Assembly: GCA_028534125.1 (NCBI GenBank)
Contig: CM052818.1
Span: forward strand, 3,412,001 to 3,476,000
DNA: 64,000 nt
Source: Lama glama
Taxonomy: Eukaryota
Direction of reading: 5' to 3'
Part shown: positions 13,860 through 26,255 of the stretch, piece by piece
Position numbering within the stretch: the first letter of the stretch is position 1
Layout of the letters: the number at the start of each line of letters is the position of its first letter
Position numbers and translations under genes: made by a program
The notes under the pieces: generated by a model
Database searches by the model: none
What the model saw: only the letters and a program-made list of their open reading frames with translations
What the model was told of the DNA's origin: nothing

Positions 13860-14190
13860 AGACGCCCTCTCTTGAAACGCAGCCCCTGGAGAGGCCACAT
13901 GTAGGAGATCTGTTTGAAGACCCAGATGAGCCCAGCCTTTGAGTCATCGCAGCCCAGACACCAACACAGGAGTGAAGGAGCCTCCAACCCTCCAGCCATT
14001 TGCGTCACCTCCAGCTGTTCGAATATTCCCAGCTAAGACCTCAGACACTACAGAGCGTGGACAAGCCGTCTCAGCTGTGCCTTGTCTGAATTATTGACCC
14101 ACAGAATCCATGGGCATAATAAAATGGTGGTGGATTAATGTCACTAAGTTTGAGGTGGTCTGTCACACAGCAGCAGTGAGTAGAGCATGT
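13860..14190 (+). mobile_element. MaLR LTR fragment (MLT1-like)
   Basis: cccagctaagacctcagacact...gaattattgacccacagaatccatgggcataataaaatggtgg...ctaagtttgaggtggtctgtcacacagca, typical of an MLT1 3' end. Confidence 0.7.
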
Positions 14191-17100
14191 GGATGAAGAG
14201 AGAACTTTCCATCTGTCACAGTGCGGTATTTTGGAAAATACCTTAAAAATGAACTTGAAAAGAGTAAAGTTTTAGTAATGGGTAGAAAATGGTTATCTTT
14301 TCGTGTTCGGTTTTTTAACATTGTTAGTGACGCTGGACAGTCTTTGGTGTATTTGCCGTTTCATTTCTGTTTTTCCTTTTTTTGCGTTGCCTGTTAATGT
14401 CCATTGTCTTTTTTTAAGATATGAGGCATTCTTATTCATGGTATCAAATTTATGTTTGAACGAAGTTTACCTATATACTTCATATATTAAGCTTATAATT
14501 CATAAGGTTTTTTTTTTTTAATACAGCCAAACTACCAAGACTTTTCCTTTATGGCTTCTGCCTTGAAAGAAAATGCATGCAAAATCCTTTCCCAGCTCTG
14601 ATTAAAAAAAAAATTTATTCTTTATGACAGTACCTTAATGACACTTTATTTACATTAAAAATGTCAATCTATTTGGAATTTATTATGAGGCAAAGTGAAA
14701 GTAGGGACCTAACTTTATTTTTTCCCAAATGGTTAACTCATTGTCCCAACTTCACTAAGTAATCTGTGTTTTCCTCAGTGACTTGAAACTCTATCTTCTC
14801 ACACAGGCGTGGTTCTGCTCTTAGACTTTCTAATCCTTCCATTGGCTTCTTTCTATTCTTACACCAGGACCAAACACTTTATTTTTACCTTTATTATGCA
14901 TTTAAACATATATTAGGTTAAGTCTGTCTACACCCTCCTTGTCTCAGAGTCTAATCGCCACTGTCTTTCCCCTGTAGTCCTCCTCCTCTCTGACTGCTCT
15001 GTCCTCATCTCCTGAGCTCTGGAGATTTTTTCAGTATCACCGCCCACAACAATGATTGTTTTCTGCAATGTCATTTCTGATCATTCCTGCTTCTAATAAA
15101 CATTTAGATTCTGTCTGTCCTTGCTTCATCGAAGAATATTTCTCCTCCACTCTTCTAGCCCTCTCTTTCTCTCTGCTTGCCCTCCATCCAGCTCCATTTT
15201 TATCTCCATTATTTTCTCATTGCATTTTTTTTAGCTCTCATTTAATTAAAATTCATTGTTCTCTCATTTGTTCCTCGCCCAAGCCATATTCTTCCACAGC
15301 AGGTCTGTCAGCCTCAGCCCTGTCGGCATTTGGGACCACCCCCCTACCCCAACCCATGCACTGGAGGGTGTGCGGCAGCAGACCTGGCCTCCGCCCACGA
15401 ACTGCCAGCAGCACCCCACTTCCTGCCTGCTTTCCAGACCCTGCCACGTGCCCTGGGAGGGACACACAACTGCCCCTGGTTGAGAGCTACTGATCGACAG
15501 CCTTTGTTTGACCCTCAACCCTAAACATCTTAGGAAATAGCAAAATGCACTCTCCACCTCCAAGGAGGCCATGACAGCCCTGGTTATACCTGCCGCCCCT
15601 GTGCGGTCAGCAGCCCCCTTTGCTCCCCAGTGCCCTGGTTTGGACGATCTTTTATAGGGTTATGGTCGGCCCATCGAGGGGCTCCACATGGGGGCCTGAC
15701 TTCTGCCTCACCTACTGGACACGTGCCAGGAGCGAACCTTTGGCGTTCCTTCCAAAAGGACTAAACCACCTCCTGCTCCTTGTGAAGGGTCCTCACAGCA
15801 CGAGCACTCATGGACCAGGTGGCTCTGGACCTTCTCCCCCACCTAGGGCCCTGCTCTGAACATGGGCCAGAGGCCCCCCAGGGAGTAACAGGTCCTGAGA
15901 GGACAAAGGCCACTGATACCAGCTCAGTGGCTCAGCCAGGCAAGCAAGTCACACCTGACCAATGACTTCTACAGAGTCCTCCCCAGACAGACCTACTGAA
16001 GGCTCACTTCCAGGAAGGGGACCTTCTCCTGCTCAGTTCCATTGTGCCCAAAGCTTGCCATGTGCTTATACACGTATCTCATTTAATCCTCACAACGTGC
16101 TTTCATGGGAGAAAAAGAGAATCGCGGTGCCCGATTCAAGCCATTCTTAGTGCCCGCAGGTCTGAGCACTGAGCGCAGAAACAGCCGCTTTCTCTGCGCC
16201 CAGCGGCACAGGGGCAGCCGGGCAGCCGCGTCCCGGGTGCCGGCTGGGCCGGGGTCTGCTGGGTAGTGGCTGTGCTCTCGTCTGCGCCAGGATCCCGAGC
16301 GACCTGGAATCCGTCTCTTCCTTACAGTCCCATGTTCACCGTCGTGCCTCGGTTTGTTCCCAGGCCACATAGCGTTTGACTTGCTGATTTTCATGCTGTT
16401 TCCATCTTTAAACGATGCACTGTCTACCCGGACCTGGTTTTTCCCCCAGAACGAGGTGAAGTCGAGTCTTCTTAGAGCTCCTCACTGTTCATGTGGATGA
16501 ATTTCAAGCAGGAGCACTTGCTGCCAGTCCAGCGGGGGCAGCTGAGACGCAGCCCAAGTCTTCCCTGAGGAGCCCCCATGCCCCCACCCCGTTTCCATGA
16601 AGCTGTTGTGCCTGCTTCCAGCTGGGGGAGGGGAGTGATGGTGGGGGAGGTTTAGCCTCTTTTCTGGGGGCAGGAATGGCCCCCCTGTGTCCTCGGCCCA
16701 GGTTTGCTGCCCATCTGGCATTTGAATGGCCCACCTCCATGGTTTCCAGTGTTGACGCAGATTTTTCTCTATTTTTGTATTTCCCAGTTTGTTTGTTTTT
16801 CACAAGGGAATCAAATATGTGCCATCTTCTAACAAAAGCTCCAAAGGGCATTTTTCATATGTTATGAATGTCTTTTTACAGCAGGAATTCTGAACACTAC
16901 CTATTACTTCCTGTAGTGCAATTTTCATCCCAAGAATAGATAAAATTGGACTCTTAGATAACAGCCTCACTGTATTTTTAATTTTCTTCCTGTTATAATA
17001 AATTACCACCTTATTCCACCTGCCCTGATAATTCTTCTCACCTCAGACTCATTTACTTTCCTACAGCAAAATTCAGCCATACTTCTCACAGTTTGCAAAC

Positions 17101-17368
17101 GTCCCTTGCTACTGATGCACGTAGCATAGATTGACCAAGTTTTCCTATTGCCTTATTTGGAAAGAAGAGCTGAAATCTTGGCTGAAGTTGTTAAATTCCT
17201 GGCCTCTTCATAAGACTCGGAGGATCCAGAAAAACCCTCTTCTGAGTCCCATTCCCTGAGTCCAACCTCCTCGAGCCCAAATTTGTTTGGAAGCACTTTT
17301 CACCTTGTCACTTCCAAGAACTATGCTCCTTGAAGAACATCAAAACATTTATTTGTTGAATTGCATGG

Positions 17369-19308
17369 CTTTTGTTTTGTTTTAAATGTAGGTATAACTG
17401 ACATAGAGCATTATGTTAATTTCAGGCGTAAAACGTAACGATTTGATATTTGTGAATACTGCAAAGTGATCACCACAGTGAGTCTAGTTAACATCTGTCA
17501 CCATACACAGTGACAGAATTTTTTTTTCTTACGATGAGGACTTTTAAGATCTATCCTCTTAGCAATTTTCAAATATGCAATACAGTGTTATTAACTGTAC
17601 TATTAGAAAAATACCATATGAGATCGCTCATATGTGGAATCTAAAAAACAAACAAACAAACAAACAAAAATAAAGCGTAAATATAGGACAGAAATAGACT
17701 CAGAGAGAGAGAATACAGACTTGTGGTTGCCAGGGGGGCGGAGGGTGGGAAGGGATAGGCTGGGATTTCAAAATTGTAGAATAGATAAATAAGATTATAC
17801 TGTATAGCACAGGGAAATATACACAAAATGTTATGATAAATCATAGAGAAAAAAATGTGACAGTGAGTGTGTATATGTCCATGTATGACTGAAAAATTGT
17901 GCTGAACACTGGAATTTGACACAACATTGTAAAATGATTATAAATCAATAAAAATGTTAAAAAAACTGTACTATTATCACCATGCTGTATATTACATCCT
18001 CATGACTTATTTATAACTGTAAGTCTGTACTGTTTGACCCCCTTTACCCATTTTACCCACTCCCTACTCCCTGCCTCTGGCAACCACCAATCTGTTCTCT
18101 GTATCTATGAGCTTGTTTTGTTATTGTTGTTGTTTGTTTGTTTGGATTCCACATATAAGTGAGCGCAAACAGTATTTGTCTTTCTCTTTCTGACTTATTT
18201 ATTTTAGCATAATGCCCTCAAGGTCCATCCATGTTGTCACAAATGATAAGATGTGACTCTTTTTGGTGACTGAATAGTATTATTCCATTACATATGTACC
18301 ACAATTTCTTTATCCATTCATCTATTGATGGACACTGAAGTTGCTTCTGTATCTTGGCTATTGTAAATAATACTGCAATGAACATGCGGGCGCATGCATC
18401 TTTTCAAGTTAGTATTTTTTTTTTCTCCAGTAAATACCAGAAGTGAAATTGCTGGATCACAAGGTAGCTCTATTTGTATTCTTCTGAGGAAGCTTTGTAC
18501 TATTTTTCATAGTGGCTGCACCAATTTATATCCCCACTGACAGTGCACGAGGGCTCCCCTTTTTTCACATCCTTGTCAATACTTGTTATTTGTTGTCTTT
18601 TTGATGACAGCCATTCTGACGGGTGTGACGTGACATCTCATTGTGGTTTTGATTTGCATTTCCCTGATCATTAGTGATGTTGAGCATCTTTTCATGTGTC
18701 TGTTGGCCGTCTGTATGTCTTTAGAAAAATGTCTACTCAGACCTTCTGCCCATCTTAAAAACAGATTGTTTGGAGTTTTTGCTATTGAGTTGTTTGAGTT
18801 CTTTGTATATTTTGGATATTAACCCTTTATCAGATACGTGATTTGCAAATATTTTCTTCTGTTCAGTAGGTTGCCTTTTCATTTTGTTGATGGTTTCTTT
18901 TGCTGTGCAGAAACTTTTTAGTTTAATGTAGTCCCACTTTTTAGTTTTGCTTTTGGTGTCAGATTAAAATCATTGCCAAGACCTAAGTCTTATAGCCTAT
19001 CAACTATGTTTTCTTCTGGGAGAATTATGGTTTCAGGTCTTACACTCAAGTCTTTAATCCATTTTTGAGTGAATTTTTGTGTATGGCGTAGACAGCAGTC
19101 CAGTTTCATTCTTTTACTTGTGGCTGTTCAGTCTTGCCAACACCATTTATTGAAGAGACTATCTTTTTCCCATTGTATATTCTTGCCTCCTTTTTCATAA
19201 ATCAATTGACCATATATTTATTTCTGGGGTTTCTATTCTGTTCCATTGATCTACGTGTCTGTTATAATGCCAACACCTTACTGTTTTGATTACTACAGCT
19301 TTGTAATA
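17369..19308 (-). mobile_element. L1 3' portion (ORF2 end + 3'UTR) with a 12-bp TSD, interrupted by a younger L1
   Basis: Antisense L1 motifs (catctcattgtggttttgatttgcatttccctgat; caccatttattgaagagact). TGAATTGCATGG is repeated at 17357-17368 and 19309-19320. Confidence 0.9.
17606..17963 (+). mobile_element. Younger L1 3'-end insertion nested in the older L1
   Basis: L1 3'UTR ending in ataaaaatgttaaaaaaa, with perfect 13-bp TSD AACTGTACTATTA at 17593-17605 and 17964-17976. Confidence 0.9.
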
Positions 19309-19869
19309 TGAATTGCATGGTTTAAAAAAAAAATCAGACAGATCTGGATTCAAAGAGCCCAGTTCTACCAGCTATTTGATTTCTGTCCAAGTTATTTAAA
19401 TCAGTGCAACAGTCTCCTAATCTATAAAACAGAAGTAATAATATCTATTTCACAGATTTGTTGTAAGGAAAAAACAAGTCTTCCACCTAGTCAATGCCTA
19501 AAACAGTGATCATGGATATAATGTTTCAGAAATAAATTCCTTATTAACTCTTCATTTAAATATGGGGTTCCCTGGGCTATAGAGGTTCCTTCCAGCATGT
19601 CCCAAAATGCTCTCCTTGAGGTAGCTGGCATTCACATAAGCATCAGAGAGTTACACTGTTTTCAGTACCCTCTCCCTCCTCAAAGCTTCCGGACTGAAGG
19701 CAATTTCCTGTATCTCCTCGGTGCATTAGGCCTCCCTGAATCCTCAGAACTCTTAGGACCCATCTACTTCTCTCCCTTCTAGCGAAAGCAAAAGGTTCTT
19801 TCCTCCAGAATCCACAGAGGTTCCTACCTCACATACTGAATGGGACCAATCTCTCTCTAAGGTTGTATA

Positions 19870-20120
19870 TTGGTTAAGAGTACAGAGTCTAGATCCAAAT
19901 TGCCTAGGTTCAAATCCAAGTTCTGTCATTTATTATCTCTGTGAACTTGAGAAAGGAACTTGACTTCTCTGAGCCTCAATTTTCCTTGTCCATAAAATGG
20001 GGATAACAATACTTATTTCATAGAGTTACTGCAAGGATGCAATGACTTACGTCATACAAAGAGTTGGGAACAGTGTTTGATACCTGGCAAGGACTCATGA
20101 TTTTACTAGCTATTATTATT
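19870..20120 (+). mobile_element. MIR SINE
   Basis: MIR core ctctgagcctcaattttccttgtccataaaatggggataacaata. Confidence 0.8.
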
Positions 20121-20593
20121 AGTGTTGTCTAGCCACAGTAAATACACCAGGGGTTGGTGTCAGGGAAGCAACTGCCTCTTGGGGTTTGGCATTAATTTTA
20201 CCCAACAGGGTACCCACTGTGCCAAGCCATTTTACATAGACTGTATCCGATGTTCCCTTTGGGGAGGTAAAAATTTGAGGTCAACAAAGCGAAGGCAGGT
20301 CCCTTTACCTCCAAGCGATTCAGAAGACCCTCCAGACTTCTGTGGGGCAGCCACACCACGGTCCCAATGTTAGGAAATGTGGAACCCAGGGATGCTTATA
20401 TAGCGATGGCCACGCCATGCCCCAGCCCCAGGTATCTCTGCAAGAAACTTCTGCTATTAAGGGTCATCTGTGAGAATCTTTTTTCATAACATATCCCAGC
20501 CTGGCCAACATACACTGAAAGAGAAGAGGGTGTCTCCCAACTCGGGCCTGTCTTACTGGTCCAAGAGAAGAAAGAAGCTGCAGTTCAACTCAC

Positions 20594-20650
20594 CTGGGCA
20601 TCCTGTCTCACGAGAGCATCATCCAGATAATTTCCTACATCCCTGCCACC
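20594..20650 (-). CDS. ANXA4: ANXA4 coding exon 8 (57 bp)
   Basis: cctcag|GGT GGC AGG GAT GTA GGA...GAT GCC CAG|gtgagt = GGRDVGNYLDDALVRQDAQ. Not in the ORF track. Confidence 0.95.
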
Positions 20651-21320
20651 CTGAGGATGAGAAACACAAACCAAAGAGACTGAGAGAGCATCCAGGACGA
20701 TCTGGGGGCTCTGATAAGACAGAATACCTGGGAACCCAAGGACATGGTAATCAGACAGACGGGGTCATGATTCCAGCCCAGGAAGAGAGGACAGATGTCT
20801 TAGAATGTGCTTGCATTATGCCTATGGCTCTGATCTCCCCGAGCACAGCGTGAGCCCAGGGTGGCTCCCTGATGTTATGTGGATGTCTCTGACAGTTGAA
20901 GGGGCAGGAGGACAAATGCAGCCTGGTGACTGCCCCCACCACTACCACCCCACCTCTTCCCACCTCCCCCCTGCTCCTGGGTCTCTCCAGCTGGCGTCTG
21001 TCTTCCTAACTGGCAAACCTACAGAAATCAATTCTGCCAAACAGGGGCTGGGCAGACAGGAGATCAAGAGACTCAGGGACCAATGTGGGGCTTAAGGAGC
21101 CCCTGAAAGTGCCCCATCCCTCTCCAACACCAGCTCGCCCGGAGGGCAGGGTTGAAGCCTTGGACGACTGCCAAACAGTGGCAAAACGGGATACTTTCCC
21201 CTGGTTTGTTGACTGTTTTATTGCTATACTGTCCCAGTGTGCTATGGTCTAGGCATGGCTCAGCAGGGGTAAATCTGGGAGGACAAGAAAAGATAGTAGG
21301 AAACAGAAAAGCAGGCTGGC

Positions 21321-21568
21321 GGAGGGAGGGAGGAAGGAAAAATTAGGGGTTTGTGATTTGCAGATACTAAATACTACATATAAAATAAATAAACAAGGTC
21401 CTACTGTATACTGCATAGCACAGGGAGCTATAGTCAATATCTTGTAGTAACCCTATAATGGAAAAGAATCTGAAAAATAGTATGTATATGTGTATAACTG
21501 AATCACTTTGCTCTACACCTGAAACTAACACATTGTAAATCAATTATACTTCAATAATAAAATTTGAA
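21321..21568 (+). mobile_element. L1 3'-end fragment
   Basis: Typical ...gtatatgtgtataactgaatcactttgctctacacctgaaactaacacattgtaaatcaa; TSD AAAAGCAGGC(T/C)GGC at 21307-21320 and 21569-21582. Confidence 0.85.
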
Positions 21569-22752
21569 AAAAGCAGGCCGGCATTGTTAAGTAAATATTG
21601 AAGACAGAGCGAGGTGGGAGTTGGAGATGATTTCCAGCTTCTGCTTTGGCTGTTGGAAGAACAGCCACAACATTAAGAGAAAAAGACAAGCCAGGAAGAA
21701 GAGCTGGTTTGGAGGGGAAATGAGTTCGAGCTTCCTTTAGCAGGACTGATTTGGGGTGACGGCAGAATATCTGTAAGGAAACATCTAAAAAGCAGTGAGA
21801 AACGAGAGTCTCACACTCAGGAAGGAGGTCAGGGATGGAGATAAAACCGTGAAGCTGTGTGAAACATCATGCAAATCCATCTCTCTTTTCTGGCACCCCT
21901 GCTCCCACACTAGCGCAGTCCTGCTTTTCTCTCACCTGGAATGCTGAGGGAACCTCCTGCCTCGTCTCCCAGCCTCCAGGTCAATTCATCTTACACATCG
22001 CCATGACATGGCTCGTCTAAAAAGGAGTTCCAATCATATGACTCTACTGCTCCCAAACCTTCAGAGGCTCCCCACTGCTCTCCAAAGAAAGTGTGGACTC
22101 CTCCCAGCAGAGGATCCTGGTTCATCTTTCCACCTTGCTCACAGAATTACCAGCTCGACTTCTCGGCCAGTTGTTCCCTGAACACACCCCATGTTTCCTG
22201 CCTCCTTGTCTTGTACTGCTGTTCTTCCGGCCGGGAACGCACCCTCCCGCACCTATGCCTCTAAAAATCCTAGCCACCCTCCGAGTCCTTTCTGAGCCAG
22301 CATCTGTGCCATGAAGCCGTTTCTTTGTTTCTGCAAACAAAAATCTCTCCTTGATCCTTCCTTTTCCTCTGTGCCTCTTTCTGGGGCACTTCCTTTCACG
22401 CCTGTGTTATAGCAACCTGTGTACCTGGTATATCCCCTGATGACAATACAAACTTTCAAAGCCCAGGGCTGCCTCTTAATCATGTTCATCACTTTCAGCG
22501 CACTAAGTGGTAGGAGCACCTGGCATGCATCAGGTACTTGTCTGCATAAATGAGAACAGATGGGCACATGTGACTAGCCAGAGTCTCTAAAGGAGAGAAG
22601 ATAAAGGAACAGAGAGAACCAAGAGAAACACAGGGGAATATGCACATTTGGGAGGTTGAGAGGATGAGAAAAGGCTGGAAAAAGGGAGAGAGAGTGAGCC
22701 TCTTAATCAAACCCAACCCCGTCAAAAGCAGCCAATGGAGGGAGTGACTCAC

Positions 22753-22832
22753 AGCGGACAGAGACACCAGCACCCGCTGGAACATGAAGGAAGTGTCGGA
22801 GCGAATGTCATCTTCAAGGCTCCGCCCATATT
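22753..22832 (-). CDS. ANXA4: ANXA4 coding exon 7 (80 bp)
   Basis: ttgctag|AA TAT GGG CGG...TCC GCT|gtgagt = (Q)YGRSLEDDIRSDTSFMFQRVLVSLSA. Confidence 0.97.
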
Positions 22833-23467
22833 CTAGCAAGAGAGTAAAATGAGCCGCATCAGTTTTCCAAAACCTGAACTATGGTAAAATGGTCAAGATA
22901 GGTCTAGCCCGTCATCATGGGGGAAATGAGATGTTTCTGGTCCTTAAAATGGGACACCCAGAGGGCGAGGCTGTGATCCCCACTCCGTGGTCCCTACTGT
23001 CCAGGGGTCTATCCTGAGCGTGGTTTGCAGGACGTGGAGAACTGGAAAGGCTGAGCTGCACGTGGACAGGCAAACAGAGCCGAGTTCCTGAACCCATGTC
23101 TGGGGACAAGCAGGGGGCTGTCAAGCCCAAGTTCATCACAGCCCCAAGGGGAGAAGACCTGTGGTCAGCAAGGGGGGGTGAGGGGGGCCAGCGTGAGAAC
23201 CAGGCTCCCAAGGTTTAGAATCGTCTGCTCTAAACACTTACCAAAAACCTCTAACTGTTTTGTTTTCTTTCTACCAAAGTGCACATGTTTATTACAGAAA
23301 ACTTAGGGGAAAAGAAATAAGCAAAATGAAGGGGGAAAAAACAAAACCTCACCATTAATCTAATTACCCAGAAATAATAATCATTGAGAACATTTTGGAG
23401 AATACCCTTCCTCATTTTCCCCCCTGTACACATATTATTTTTCTTTCTTTAAAAATAGGATCATAAA

Positions 23468-23605
23468 GGGGAAGGGTATATAGCTCAGTGGTAGAGCAGG
23501 TGCTTAGCATGCATGAGATCCTGGGTTCAATCCCCAGTACCTCCATTAAATAAATAAATAAACCCTAATTACCTCCCCCTAAAACAAAAACAAAAAGTCA
23601 AAAAA
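23468..23605 (+). mobile_element. Vic-1-like SINE, full length
   Basis: gggaagggtatatagctcagtggtagagc (A box)...gggttcaatcccc (B box); flanks aaat(a/g)ggatcata on both sides. Confidence 0.9.
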
Positions 23606-23925
23606 AATTTTTTTAAATGGGATCATAGCATATCATTTTATAATTTGTCTTTTTCATTTACCCACCTACCACACTGCTGAATGTAATTTAATAATATCCT
23701 TCAATATATGTTTTGATGACTGCATAATAGTCCACGGTGTGGACAATATTTTGTTCAGCCAATCTGCTACTGTGTAGGACATTTTAAGCTAATACAAACA
23801 GTACTGAAAAAACACTGTGGGAATCTAAGCCTTTGTGTGTTTTTTTTTATTATTATTATATTATTAGGGCAAAAAGGCATGCATCTTTTAAAGGCTCCTC
23901 ATATGTGTTATTCTCTGGAGATTTT

Positions 23926-24075
23926 CTTTTTTTCTTTCTTTCTTTTTTTTTTTTTTTTTTGCCAGGGGGCAGTAATTAGGTCTGTTTATTTATTTAATGG
24001 CAGTACTGGGGATTGAACCCAGGACCGTGTGCATGTTAAGCACACACTCTCCCGCTGAGCTATACCCTCCCCGCC
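23926..24075 (-). mobile_element. Vic-1-like SINE, full length
   Basis: Reverse-strand A/B boxes and poly-T tail; 13-bp TSD CTCTGGAGATTTT at about 23913 and about 24080. Confidence 0.9.
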
Positions 24076-24512
24076 CGTCCTCTGGAGATTTTTAACAGCG
24101 GGGGGTAAATGGCTGTCACTCTGAGGTGGCTGCAGGACCTTCAGTCCAGTCTGAAGGTAGGATGGTGGGCCAGACAGCTTCTCCCAGCAGTTCCCTGGAA
24201 TGCTGAGATTCACTGGTGTCACCAACCTTGAACAAGCACCTCTGAATCTCTGCTGGATAAGGAACATCTTTCCAGCTTTCAGGGTAATAAAACACTTCGC
24301 CCGGGAGCCTAAGTAGAGTGGCTGGTGCACCTGAGAAGACTTGAAAAGCCATTTGTCTAGACAGGGATCCGTCTGAAAACAGAGCTTGGATCTGAGGATC
24401 TCCCTCGGTCAGCGTTTCAATGAGGAGTGTCTGATCAGTGCATAGCCACCTGCTGCTAGTCTAGTTCTCAGAGCACAGGGCCTCAGCCAGGGCCACTGAG
24501 GATGCTACGTAC

Positions 24513-24603
24513 GCAGCTGGTAGGTCTGGTTTATGTGTCGGATCTCCTCTGGCGACCGGGAGGCCAGGATCTCGATCAGGCAGCCCTCGTCCGTGCCAGC
24601 TCC
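24513..24603 (-). CDS. ANXA4: ANXA4 coding exon 6 (91 bp)
   Basis: catgtag|GGA GCT GGC ACG GAC GAG...CAG CTG C|gtacgt = [30 protein letters not shown](Q), with the annexin GxGTDE motif. Confidence 0.96.
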
Positions 24604-25498
24604 CTACATGCAAAACCCAGAGGAGAGAGTGTCAGGACTCAGTTTACCAAGTCGAGTCCCAGGCATAGGAGGAACACAACCGGGAATCTGCAGAGAATAA
24701 AGACAACTCACCGAATTCGAGCAACCGGATTTTCTCACTTTTAATTGTCCCACTCAAATTCCAACGTGTTTATCGTAATCATTATTTGCAATAACAAACA
24801 TTTATGGGCTGTTTCTGTGTGTTGGTTATTGCTCCAGGTTAGGGGCAGTTTCTGCCCCCTGGGGGCTTAGTCTTTCCTTGACCCCCTGTACTTTTCCTTT
24901 GAAGGGCAGAATCCTCTGGCAAAGGCTGTTACCTCTTTGTTTTCCCAAAAAGCCTAGCCCAGAAACTTCCACAAGGCTGAGTATTTATTTATTTATTTAT
25001 TTAAAAAAAAATTTTTTTTTTGGCTGAGTATTTATTGACATAGCTGAGGAGGGTCACTGTCTCTGAATTACATACTTGGTCATTAAAAACTGGAGGACCC
25101 TGGATCAGGGCACAGTGGATCTGGTAACTAAGGAGGCTGAGAACCCTTTTTGGGGGTCAGTTTTGAGCTCACAGCAGACCCAGAAGTGTCAGTCAAAAGT
25201 TCCATATCTCAGAAGTCTCTAATACAGCAAGAAAGTTTGTGGAGCTGCGCCAGAAAGCACTGCCTCAGGAGCCCCGGGAAACACCAAATGATTCCCCAAT
25301 TTAGGGGGAAAGATCTGTATACTTACAATTGCCATCATGTAATGTCATGTTTTCAAGCCGTCCTACATAAAGGGACATCTTTCTCCTATACCTCCTCCTC
25401 CCCACTCTCAGAAGGCCCTTGTCACAGTGTGTTAAGAAAGGCTGGCAGTGGTCCGCGCTGGCCCTGCCAGCCCCGCAGCCGAGGGGAGGGGCACGCAC

Positions 25499-25612
25499 CT
25501 TCATGGCCCTTCGCAGCTCCTGCACGTCGTACAGCACGGTGGGCGTCATCAGCCCCAAGATCACCTGCTCGAAGTTGCCACTCAGTTCCGATTTCAAGTC
25601 ATCCAGCAGCTC
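25499..25612 (-). CDS. ANXA4: ANXA4 coding exon 5 (114 bp)
   Basis: atcgcag|GAG CTG CTG GAT GAC...ATG AAG|gtgcgt = ELLDDLKSELSGNFEQVILGLMTPTVLYDVQELRRAMK. Confidence 0.97.
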
Positions 25613-25739
25613 CTGCGATGCAAGAAAGCGCTCTGCTTAACTGCTGTGGTAGCTTAAACTCGCCGCCCTCAGTGTGGTCCAGGGATGTCTGGAGCCTCTG
25701 AGATCCCCTCCTGGGGCCCGTGTGCGTGAAACCACCTTT

Positions 25740-26255
25740 ATAGTAAGACTGTGAGACGCTGGGTTCTGATATTACACCATCATTCTCTCACAGTTGCACA
25801 CTGGAGTTTTCCAAAGGCTGCTTGACACATCTACAGATCTTCAGTTACGTGAAAAGACACTAAAATACTTCTCCCTTTCCCAACTGCCTATGTGAGACTG
25901 GATTTTCTCCACACTCCAACCAAAACCACGTATGGCCACAAGCTGAATGCAGAAGCAGGTGTGAGAATCCAGCGTCTTCCATTAAACAGACATTAAAGAG
26001 ATTTGCAATATATAAAACAATGTCAATCTTCTTACTAACTTTTTTTGGTTTGCTTTGGAACATAAAGCTCTTTTTCCTAAAAATGTTGTTTCTGTTGCAT
26101 GTAATGTGTTTATTATTGTTTTTAAAATAAGCTAACAGATACATATTTTTAAATGTCCTCAATTTTCATTTCTAATATGGTTGATATCAATCGATGTCAC
26201 CCACAATAACATAAAAGTCCTCAATAATTTAAGAGTGTACAGGGGTCCTGAGATC
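25740..26255 (+). mobile_element. hAT Charlie1-like DNA transposon fragment
   Basis: gctgaatgcagaagcaggtgtgagaatccagc...cagacattaaagagatttgcaa resembles the recalled Charlie1 3' region. Confidence 0.7.

Noticed and set aside
15056..16867. Cluster of 60-145 aa ORFs in the GC-rich intronic block
   Set aside because: No recognisable homology or coherent exon chain; explained by GC content. The block itself is kept as a finding.
23468..23545. tRNA-Ala-like sequences (also about 31531, 36110, 36563, 54125)
   Set aside because: These are SINE heads: shared non-tRNA tail, TSDs and many diverged copies. Not tRNA genes.
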